Shown here: piece by piece, positions 54,046-64,000 of the stretch
How positions within the stretch are numbered: position 1 is the first letter of the stretch
How the letters are laid out: each line of letters starts with the position of its first letter
From: Chiloscyllium plagiosum
Lineage: Eukaryota
DNA length: 64,000 bases
NCBI RefSeq assembly: GCF_004010195.1
Contig: NC_057727.1
Span: forward strand, 43,732,740-43,796,739
Direction: 5' to 3'
The notes under the pieces: generated by a model
The model's database searches: none
What the model saw: only the letters and a program-made list of their open reading frames with translations
Told to the model about the DNA's origin: nothing
Translations under genes and position numbers: made by a program

Positions 54046-55470
54046 AGGTTTTAAATAAGCCACGTTGCTCTGACGAATATCATTTAACAACTCATCTCGA
54101 GGGGTATTTTCAACTAAAGGAGCTTGTCGAGTCCTGGGAACTGGCTTTAGTGACTTTAACATTGCCTTCAGGTTTGGTTTGTCATTCCCGTCTGTAGTAC
54201 AAGTTTTAATTTTACTTTGTTTTTTGGGAATTTTTCTGAGCTGTACTCGAACAATTTTCTTTGGACGATTGTAACAGGTATTTGGTGGAAGGGGAGGTTC
54301 TTCACAGAGGGTGGAGTGATTGGGCACATATCCATCCACCATCTCTAGGAGGCCTGGGTTAATTTTTTGACAGGCATTCATCATCAATTCTTGTTCCTGC
54401 ATAACCTGGTTTCTCTGCTGCTCCAACCTCCGTTGTCTCTGTTGATCTAGATTGCGACTTAGCAAGTTGGTGACCACCATTCTGGGCCCTGGCAGCTCAA
54501 AGTGATAACCCAACTTCAGGAGGGTGGTGTTGGCTTTGAGAAGTCTGGCAATCTCCATCTCAGCATGATGACCCAACATATGTCTCTGGTTGTGAAACCT
54601 CAGCTCAGTGAGAATCTCATTGAACTGTAAGCACCTCATGATAGCCACAATGCCTTTTCCTGTGATGAAATTGGATTCAATATTGAGGGTAACAATTTTT
54701 TTGTTCTCTCTTAGCATGTTGGCTATGGCAAAGGCGATTTCATCATCAGCACCTGTATTTGTGATGCTGAATGAAGTGACATGTTTGTTCTTCTTCAAAG
54801 CTTCCACAAAGCTTTTCAGCATATCTTTTGGGATGTTTTCCACATTGTTCAGGTTGACCTCTTTAAGGTCAGGTTTGTTATTGCGAATATCTGCCAATGA
54901 CTCATCCAAGAGCGTTGGGTTTCCTGAAGGCCTTGCAGTCAGTTTGAGGAAACTACTGTCCAGTCCTACCTTCTTTCCTACCTTTCCTTTTCTTGGTTTC
55001 ACCTCAGTATTTTCTTGGCTTTCTTTGGGTGGTGTAGAAATTTCTTCTTCGCTGCCTTTTTTATTGTTATTGCATTCAACCTGTTCTTCAGTGGAGGAAC
55101 GAGCCTCTGTCTTATTGCACAAGAGAATGGGGTCTTCAATCTTCGGCTGGTCATTAGGTTGATCCGGAATGGTCTTCCCCGATCCCTCCAGCTGGTTACT
55201 GCCATTGTCTTCGGTTTGAATTTCAGGTTCAATCACTGGCAGATCTTTGACTTGCTGTGCCTTCATCATCTCTAATGTCTCCTTCTCTTTCTCTGATTTG
55301 TATTTGATTTCTTTGTTCTCCAGGTTATTATCTTGCTGAATCCACTGACCATTTCCATTCAGATGTTTGGTACTTTCTTCTTCTTTATCTCTGTCTCTTT
55401 CACTTTTACTCTTCTCTTCTTCACACTCCTTTTCAGCTGGTGGTTCTTCAGTTCTTCCTTCTACAGTCTC
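54046..55470 (-). CDS. LMOD3: LMOD3 (leiomodin-3) large coding exon 2: acidic region, LRR/ABS2, Pro-rich, basic, WH2
   Basis: [24 protein letters not shown]...[53 protein letters not shown]...[20 protein letters not shown]; tttccaacag acceptor, gtgagt donor. Confidence 0.96.
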
Positions 55471-55807
55471 CTGTTGGAAAGACAGACTTTCAGTTTTGTG
55501 TCATTTTTTTGTTTTCGGCAAAGTACAGTTTCATAATTCTAATAAAGTTCAAGTACAAATGTTATAAACACCACTCTTACTATACAAAACTTTCTCATAA
55601 AAATCAGAATCATTTAATTAGAAATTCTTCAAAGCCATTTTTAAGATTTCCACTGTTTCATTTCAGTACAGTACAAATGTAACTCCTTTGGGAAATGAGC
55701 CAGGAAATGAATGAATATATCACAGTCTATCTCGCCCATGTTCAAGTGAATTTGTTAATTTGCTACATGTACAACTGGCTGTATCCAAATGCAGGGTGAG
55801 ATTCCAT

Positions 55808-56135
55808 ATAGAATCCCTACAATGTGTGAGCAGGCCATTCAGCCTATCGAGTCCACACCAACCCTCTGAACAGCATCCTAACCAGACCCTTTCCCTGCAT
55901 TTCCCATGACTAATCCACCTAGCCTGCACACTATGGGCAATTCAGCATGGCCAACCCACCTAACCTGCATATCTTTACCCTGTGGGAGGAAACTGGAGCT
56001 CCCAGACGAAATCCACGCAGACAGGGGGAAAATGTGCAAACTCCACACAAACAGTCACAACAGCTGGAATCAAATCCAGGTTCCTGGAACAGTGAGGCAG
56101 CAATGTTAACCACTGAGCCACCACGCCACCCCAAT
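55808..56135 (-). mobile_element. HE1-like SINE in LMOD3 intron 1
   Basis: GGGTGGCGTGGTGGCTCAGTGGTTAACATTGCTGCCTCAC head on the minus strand. Confidence 0.85.
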
Positions 56136-56386
56136 GCTGGTGGGAAGCTGGGCAGTTACTGAAACCCAGTGCCAAACTAGAAGGAATAAGGTCCAGTTTG
56201 TATGTTGGAGTTGCAATATCTCAGGTACAGTGGATATTGTGAGAGTGGAAGTAATATCTTTGGATATTCTAGGAAAAATGTTATGTGGGTTTCATGGCTG
56301 TTTCTGTACGTGGTTACAACGGGTTTCACTGAGGCAGTATCACTCTGCTTTCTTGTTCCCCCAGCTACTCTTCAGCACACACTCAC

Positions 56387-56680
56387 CTCGTTGTTCAGCA
56401 GAATGACCGGGATCCTTTCCTCCTCCAGCAATCGGCTGGACTCCTTCTCCCAGTACAAGTAGTCAATCAGGGATCTGTGATCGAAGGAGCCAGTGGGAGC
56501 TTTCTCTGTGTGATCTCTCTGCCTCTGCCCTAAGGGCACAAGCGGGTCAGGGTCCAGAACTTCCATCTCGTTTTGTAGTTGCTTCAATTCTTCGGGAGAC
56601 AGAGTTGCCAGGATTTCATCCTCATCCAGCTCCCCGCTGTTGGACTCTTTGTCGTCCTGTTCCTGGCTGCAGTCAGACAT
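56387..56680 (-). CDS. LMOD3: LMOD3 coding exon 1 (tropomodulin-like N-terminal domain)
   Basis: MSDCSQEQ...DEDEILATLSPEELKQLQNEMEVLDPDPLVPLGQRQRDHTEKAPTGSFDHRSLIDYLYWEKES; 294 nt; GAG|GTGAGT donor. Confidence 0.96.
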
Positions 56681-56804
56681 GGTCGGTGCCTTCTGGAAGA
56701 AGATCGCTGGGGAAAGTTTGGACTTCAGCTAGAGACTTCCTGTCCCTCGGCCTTCCCGGAGCAAATGTCCAGAACTCAGCACGCAGCAGTGCTGCCGAGC
56801 TGCC

Positions 56805-56920
56805 TGCGGTCTATATTAAGCACAACTCTCTGCCAAAATAGTCCTGGGCTCTGCACTGTTTTTTTTCAGCAGCTTCTGTCAGCTGCAGGAGTCACCCTGA
56901 CATTTCACTCCAGCTGGGTC
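56805..56920 (-). promoter_or_regulatory. Putative LMOD3 muscle promoter: AT-rich TATA-like box (56811-56820), MEF2-like CTATTTTGGC (56832-56841), CAGCTG E-boxes (56880, 56911)
   Basis: Motif cluster 130-240 nt upstream of the ATG; the MEF2 match is imperfect. Confidence 0.5.
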
Positions 56921-57828
56921 CCTTTCACTCCAGGTCTTGGAAGGTTTTCGAGAACATTCGCTTGGCAGCCTAACCTCAAACTGATTAGGGCAAAGCATTT
57001 ACGATGTAAATATTAGTCTTTCTGTACGTGTTAATAGTGGAGTTGGGGGAACATGTTCATTCCGATTTTTATTGGGATCATTAACTCTTCGCTGGGAAGG
57101 GATGTGACGACAGAAGTACTGTGATTATTGACCTAGTTGGAAATTGACTTGGCTACTGAATTTGAAGTTACCCCTCTGAGTTTCCAGACAGTCTCCCCAA
57201 CATTTTCTTCCCAGCCACTTAAATTGGCGCAAAACGCTGCAGCCCTGCAACTTCATGAAACGTTCTGAAACCCCCTTGAGATGCAAAAATAACAGGAATA
57301 GCTAAAGGGATTGTCTGAATGGGGAAACGGAGGGAGGAATGCATTAAGCCCACAGTTCATGGTAACCGAAGGGGTCATGTGGTTGCTATTTTCAAAACGG
57401 GATACGTGCACATGTGCCTGCAGGAATTCAAAGATTGCTTGAAGACCTTATCAAAGAAAAATAGGCATGATTCATATAGAAACGACGATTTTTCCGCATT
57501 AATGTAGATTGTAAATTTGGTAATTGGAACAATTAGATCCAAATTTGGATAACACCAGTCACATCAGCAGATGAGACTGTTTTGGTTGTCTCTGGCATAC
57601 ACAAAGGATGCCCATGGGAGCACTGTCCTCAAGATGGTGCACTTCACTGGAAGTGACTGCCAGAAAAGCACACAGCCACAACCACCCCCCGCCCCCCACT
57701 CCCGGCCCCCCAGCCTCAGAGTGAACCAAGCAACAGAATCATGATTTTCTGATCTTGTTTCAACATTTTGGGGTATTAGAAAGGAACTTGGAACGTAATT
57801 CTTTCTGAATTGGCCCTCATTTTTATCT

Positions 57829-58052
57829 TCGAGAGAAAGTGAGGGCTGCAGATGCTGGAGATCAGAGCTGAAAATGTGTTGCTGGAAAAGCGCAGCAGGT
57901 CAGGCAGCATCCAAGGAACAGGAGAATCGACGTTTCGGGCATAAGCCCTTCTTCAGGAATTCCTGAAGAAGGGCTTATGCCCGAAACGTCGATTCTCCTG
58001 TTCCTTGGATGCTGCCTGACCTGCTGCGCTTTTCCAGCAACACATTTTCAGA
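57829..58052. mobile_element. Family C element containing a perfect 184-bp spacerless palindrome (57868-58051) with two intact hammerhead motifs
   Basis: 14-bp TSD cctcatttttatct (57815-57828, 58053-58066); CTGAAGAAGGGCTTATGCCCGAAACGTC at 57963-57990 (+) and 57956-57929 (-). Confidence 0.9.
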
Positions 58053-58394
58053 CCTCATTTTTATCTGCTTTATTGTTTCCACCAGGAATGGCTCCAGGTG
58101 GGTAGAGAGTATCTGAGTCACAACAGACAAGCCTTTATGGGACAAACTGGGTGAACCACTGGTCTTTTGTGCTTTACTGTCTGGAGTAAATAATTTGGGG
58201 TGAACTCCATTTACATTGTGCAGCTCTACAGGAAGCTAAATCCCCAATGGGGAAGGGTCATATGCTTTCCTGTTGACAAGGGGCAGAACGCAGGAAGATA
58301 CTATTATCCTCACAGTTTACAACTATGTTCAATATCAAGGGCTCAATCACAATTGACATTATGATACATGATGCTCTAATTTCTCTGTAGGTAT

Positions 58395-59221
58395 TGTAGG
58401 ACTTTGGCTCAATCTACCAACTTACTTTTTTCTATGTGAGAGCCCAGTCCTGCCGTGTTCTTTAAATGAAGCAATAGGAGAAGATATTCAATCTCACACT
58501 CTTAATTTATTTTAAACAGTAAGTGGACAAAGTATACAGAGCTCTGGGTCTAGATCTTTCCGTCCCTGACAAACTACAAAGTGTGTCAGTTCAAAAAGTA
58601 AGACCTATTCCTGTCCCTGACCCAGTCTTTTATACAATAAAAAACGTCATGCAATCAGTGAGGTAGAATTATCTTCTGATTGGCTGTTGATCTGACTCCA
58701 TTCTCCGCCTCCCCGTGTTCCCGGATGTCCGACCCCACGTGACCTTCTTTTGCCCGCGAAACGGAGCACCACATCACCTCCTTCGGCCTGCGAAACGGAG
58801 CACCACGTGACCTCCTTCGGCCCGCGAAACGGAGCACCATGTGACCTCCTCGCCCGCGAAACGGAGCACCACGTGACCTCCTTCGGCCTGCGAAACGGAG
58901 CACCACGTAACCTCCTTCGGCCTGCGAAACGGAGCACCACGTGACCTCCTTCGTCCCGTGAAACGGAGCACCACGTGACCTCCTCGCTCGCGAAACAGAG
59001 CAGCACGTGACCTCCTTCGGTCCGCGAAACAGAGCACCACGTGACCTCCTCGCCCTCGAAACAGAGCACCACGTGACCTCCTCGCACTCTTCCGGGTCGC
59101 CAAACAGAGCATCACGTGACCTCCTGCGCACGTTACACAGCATCACCACAGGCTTCCGAATGCAGAGTATATTTACACTCACAGCCAGCCTTCTATTTTA
59201 CAAGTAAGCCATATATTTACA
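58395..59221 (-). mobile_element. ERV 3' LTR (~830 bp)
   Basis: TGTA...TACA termini (left end 58395 or 58386); PPT AAAAGGGGGACT just upstream; CCAAT (58679-58683), TATAAAA (58628-58634), AATAAA (58506-58511) in correct order on the minus strand. Confidence 0.8.
58735..59125. repeat. U3 tandem array, 11-12 units of 32-34 bp (cacgtgacctccttcggcccgcgaaacggagcac)
   Basis: Directly visible units. Confidence 0.92.
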
Positions 59222-59265
59222 AGTCCCCCTTTTGGTCTCATAAAAATGAGACCAACCAACTAGTT

Positions 59266-61224
59266 CTATACATCACATTCGCTCTCCGATGCATAGTCTT
59301 CCCTTCTTGCCAGAGCCATGGTTTCCGTCTCCATCTGTGACATCTGGTAGGGCGGGGGAGCCTTCCCTTCAATTGTTGTAATGATTACCCTATTCAACAA
59401 AGATCTAAGACAGGGGACACAACAACATCCACACAACACTAACACAATAATCATACCAACGAGGGACATAAACACAGAGACAATTAATCCTTTCCATTTC
59501 CCAAACTATGAGCCAAAAATGCCTCCTAGAGGGTTGTCAATACCGGAATGTTCATGCATTTCTTCAGACAACGTTCTTAGTCCTTCCAGGGCTCTGGTTA
59601 CCGAGCCATCGGGTGCCGTATTACTGGGGATAAACGTACAACATTGGTCTCCGAACATAGAGCACACTCCCCCCTTTTCCGCTAACAACATATCTAAGGC
59701 CATTCTATTTTGTACTGTCATCAATGAGGTCGCTGCCAATTGTTCAGAGAGTCCCGCCACCGCATCTCTAGTTCTATTAGCGAGCCTAAGTACATTGTAA
59801 TGTACATAATTATTTCGGTCAACGTTTTTATTCGGCGTAACTGGGAATAGAACACCAATAATTGGGAGATTCTCAAATCCTGCTGCTTTCTGGTCTGCCA
59901 ATTTATATTCATCAGGTACACCGCGGGGAACACCTATTGCATCTATGTAAGTGGTTGAGCCAGATGTGACATCAAACAAATCCCTGCGTGTTCGTGTATA
60001 CGGATTTATTCCCTGTTGTCGTTCTCCTAAGAGAAATAAGGGTACCCCTAACCTGACCATTGCACAGGTTCCAGACCAATCTGGAGGTAGAATAATATAC
60101 AGTGTTCTATCTCCACAGTACCAAAAAAGATCAGCTCTGGCCCAAGCCATTGTGCTAGCATTCTGCCAGCCGGTTACATTAATCATGTCCTGACACCAGT
60201 CAGCGGGCATAACTCCCAAGATTATATTAGACCTTCGAGCAAAATAAGTGTAATTGTTGGCCCTTGGGGTAAACACTGGAGGTAACGTGGAATTCTTTAC
60301 AGATGGAAAATAGCACTTAATGTGGTACAATTTGGAGGGTCCGCCTGCATGGTGAGGGCCATCATGCAGTGAAATCCTGTTGGGTCTATATTAGGGAACA
60401 ATGGGGCTGGGGTAGTAAATAGGGTTGACCTGCCGAGGAACACGCAACGCAATTACTCATATTCATTGAGGTTGCGGTCACTGTCATCCAGTCTAACCAT
60501 AGGTTCTTATCCCCTTACCCGGTGGCTAATTGAATAATGTCCCTTCTCGTAAGGTTGTTGTGGTCTATTACCACAACTCCTGAACTTGGTTCTACCTCCA
60601 AACTTGTGTTTTCATTTTGTGGCTGGTTCGTAGGAGGGTCCACTAAGGTTACCTTCACTAATCCCATGTTATCCACTCCAGATTGATCTACACCATTACA
60701 AGATAAAAGCTTCTGTCATCACTCTCACAGTAAATCTGTACCTCTTTGGGACTAGGATTAATATCAAATTTTGTCAGGGTTAACAAAAGTGGAGTTTTTA
60801 GCTCTGAGGAATGATCGAGTTGCCCCTTTGTCAGGCTCACATGGTCTCGAATGTTCCATCTATTATCCGAAAGTGACGATTTCTTAGGGGTCCATCGTAT
60901 CCCAGTCCATGTTAATACATTATCCCACAACGGGCATGGGTCATAGTAAATGGCATAGAAGCAAAGATATACATCATACTCCCTCCAGCTCTCTGTATCT
61001 TGGCCACAATCAATTACTTCGCATAAATCAAACTGGTATGTTGTACCATGGTTTCTATCATGTCTGATGTGTACCTGGCTCCTCGTCTCCCTTAAACATT
61101 TATCTGCCTCTTGTCCTATTGACCTTTCATTCCTGTGACTTTCTGCATCGGCTGTGTGTTTGTCCCTCGTGGTTAATACTCCTATTAACAGCGGCATAAC
61201 ACTTATACATAAAATAATAACAAA
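59266..61224 (-). pseudogene. env: ERV env (gamma-type TM), frameshifted
   Basis: Hydrophobic signal-like N-terminus, furin site RTRR, ISD VQNRMALDMLLAEKGG, CX6CC (CSMFGDQCC), TM anchor LVGMIIVLVLCGCCCVPC; split over at least 3 ORFs. Confidence 0.9.
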
Positions 61225-61532
61225 NNNNNNNNNNNNNNNNNNNNNNNNNNNNNNNNNNNNNNNNNNNNNNNNNNNNNNNNNNNNNNNNNNNNNNNNNNNN
61301 NNNNNNNNNNNNNNNNNNNNNNNNNNNNNNNNNNNNNNNNNNNNNNNNNNNNNNNNNNNNNNNNNNNNNNNNNNNNNNNNNNNNNNNNNNNNNNNNNNNN
61401 NNNNNNNNNNNNNNNNNNNNNNNNNNNNNNNNNNNNNNNNNNNNNNNNNNNNNNNNNNNNNNNNNNNNNNNNNNNNNNNNNNNNNNNNNNNNNNNNNNNN
61501 NNNNNNNNNNNNNNNNNNNNNNNNNNNNNNNN

Positions 61533-64000
61533 AGCTAAAGGTAGGGCATCCACCCAGCTTAACTTTGTTTGTGCACACACTTTTCCTATTTTTCCTTTTA
61601 TGGACTGATTCATTCTTTTCACTTTTCCCTGTGACTGAGGATGATACACTGTTCCAAACACATGTTTCAGTCCTAAAGCTGCTTCAACTTGTTGCAGGTC
61701 TTTGTTCTTAAAATGTGTGCCATTATCTGACCTGACTCTCTTTGGAAACCCATGCATTGGAATGTATTGGTTTTATCAAGAATTTGATCACTGTTTTTGA
61801 GTCTTCCTTTTTCGCAGGTATCACTTCTGGCCAACCAGTGTATGCATCCTTCTACCAAAAGGTACCGGTATCCGTGTCCTCTCTCTATCATGTTAGTGTA
61901 GTCGATCACTATTTCCTGACCTGGCATTCTTGGAAGAGGGAATTTTCCCTCGTGTGGTTTCACTGTTAGTCTCACATTGTATTCTGTACACGTTCTACAT
62001 TCCCTAATATAATTTTCAATCATTGCTGGCAAGAACGGATGCCACCAATATGTCACATATCTCTGCATCTGTGTTTTTCCACAATGTGTCAACCCATGAG
62101 CTTCCTGGAGCATGGAAGCTATCAAACCTGGGGGTAGGACTGGTCTACCGTCCGGTGACCTCCAAATTCCTTCTGACTCTGTGGCCCCTCTCTCTCTCTC
62201 CATACTGTTAGTTCGTGAGGAGAGGCTTTCTGCTGCTCTTTTATTAACACATTCGCATCGCAAGCGGGCAGTAGGTCATACACTGTTCTCTCTGTTTGCA
62301 TCATTATATACTGTGGTGTATACCCTTCTGCTTTCTTTGCTGCTGAGTCTGCTTCCTGATTGCCCTTCGCTACTACTGTATCTGCTTTATCATGTCCTCT
62401 ATACTTGACCACCGCCACTTCTGCAGGTTTCATTACGGCCTCCGCTAATCTTTTCATATCTTTTTCATGTTTAATTGGGGTTTTTGCTGCTGTTAAAAAT
62501 CATGCCCTGATCCATTGACTGAGTTCTACCTGTATAGCCCCTGCCACATATGCAGAGTCGGTGTAGATATTTACTCTTTTTCCCTCTGACCATTCTAATG
62601 CAGCTATCATTGCCTGTAGTTCAGCCAACTGAGCTGATTCTTTGCCTGTCACTTCTCCTGTCAACACTTCCTCAAATCCCTCACTTGTCTGTCGCACCAC
62701 TGCATAGGCTGCTTTAAGTCCTTCAGTTGGATGTCTGTAACAGCAACATCTGTGAACAGCACTTCTTCTGGGTCTACTAATGGAATTGCCTGTAAATCGG
62801 CCCTAACTTTGGTATCTCTCTGTACCCTTTCCTCACAGATGTGTGGCTCTCCTTCTCCCATGTTCTCAGCCATGTTAATTCCTTCATGTGTAAAAATTAT
62901 ATGTAGTGCATTCAGGATTTTCTCTAACCTAGTTTGCCGCAATGACGTCATTGTAAAGGTTGTTGAATTCACGTAGGCCACTATACTATGTGTCGTCAGT
63001 ACTGTTAGTGAATGGCCCATGACTATATGTGCTACCTTTTGGAGAATTTTTGCTACCCCTGCTGCATGTCTTGTACATGGCGGGTGTCTGTCCTCTACTG
63101 GGTCAAGGGTAACACTTACGTACATCAGCGCCTGCCTGCCTCCCCCTTTTTTCTGAAAAAGAACACCATTAATTGTGTGTAATTTTTCAGAAATATCGAG
63201 GAAAAATGGCTCTTTGTAATCCGGGACCGCTAAATCAGCAGCCCGCGTTAAGGCCTGTTTGAGAGATATGAAACTTTCGTCTGCCTCCGTAGTCCACTGC
63301 AAATGGGCCGACAAATTTCTCATGCCTTGCTCATTTACCATGGCTCTTAGAGGGAAAGTGAGCTCCCATATGATGCAACGAAATGTCTGCTGTATCCTGC
63401 CAACCCAAGAAATGAGAGCATGTCTTTTACAGTAACTGCTTTGGTATGATGCAGAATGGAGGATCTATGGGATGGAGACACACCTGTTCCCTTAGCAGAA
63501 ATAACTCTACCCAGAAAAGACACCGTTTGTCTGCAGCATTGCAATTTAACCCGTGAAACTTTAAAGCCGACACTATACAGGTGAAGCAGCAACGACTTTG
63601 TGGCTACCAAACAAGAAACATGATCGGGTGCTGCCAAAAGAATGTCATCCACATACTGGATCAATACCACCCCCTTTGGGAGCGTCAGATCCTTCAGCTG
63701 CTGTTTCAGTACCTGATTAAACACCACAGGCGACAAAATAAACCCTTGAGGGACCCCTGTGTAACGTAGTTGTTGGCCTTTGTAGGTGAACAAAAAAATG
63801 TCCCTCAAATGATCAGCTAGGGGCAAACAGAAGAACGCGTTGGCCAGATCAATGCAGAGAACCACTTATGGTCAGGGGTCAGCACAGACATCGCAGTGTA
63901 AGGGTTTGGAACTTGAACTTTTGGAGTAGAAACGACACTATTGATCCGTCTATATTTACCTGCATTCTGCTTCTCTACAGGTAAGATAGGAGTGTTCCAG
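61533..64000 (-). pseudogene. pol: ERV pol (RT, RNase H, integrase), frameshifted; continues beyond the window
   Basis: IDLANAFF, VPQGF, QYVDDILLA (RT); SAQLAEL, NIYTDSAY, GNQEADSAAK (RNase H); [29 protein letters not shown] (IN). Confidence 0.93.

Noticed and set aside
54608-55275. Plus-strand ORFs overlapping LMOD3 exon 2
   Set aside because: Antisense shadows of the real coding exon
58647-59182. Repetitive ORFs and CRISPR-like periodicity
   Set aside because: Head-to-tail units with no unique spacers and no cas genes; lies in LTR U3 of a eukaryotic ERV

Overview
Vertebrate genomic DNA, very probably a cartilaginous fish (shark), judged from HE1-type tRNA SINEs and abundant CR1, Penelope, Rex1 and RTE retrotransposons. 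It carries the conserved UBA3(-) / ARL6IP5(+) / LMOD3(-) gene block: UBA3 coding exons 1-4 (gene runs off the left edge), complete 3-exon ARL6IP5 (190 aa) and complete 3-exon LMOD3 (581 aa). The right end is a degraded fish-type class I endogenous retrovirus (pol-env-3'LTR) whose LTR holds an 11-12-copy enhancer array and points at LMOD3. The most interesting signal is a set of tiny non-coding insertions, most with target-site duplications and at least one family derived from Penelope tails. They carry minimal hammerhead-ribozyme motifs in four distinct stem-II variants, several as palindromes with one hammerhead motif on each strand. All calls are by eye; no searches were run.
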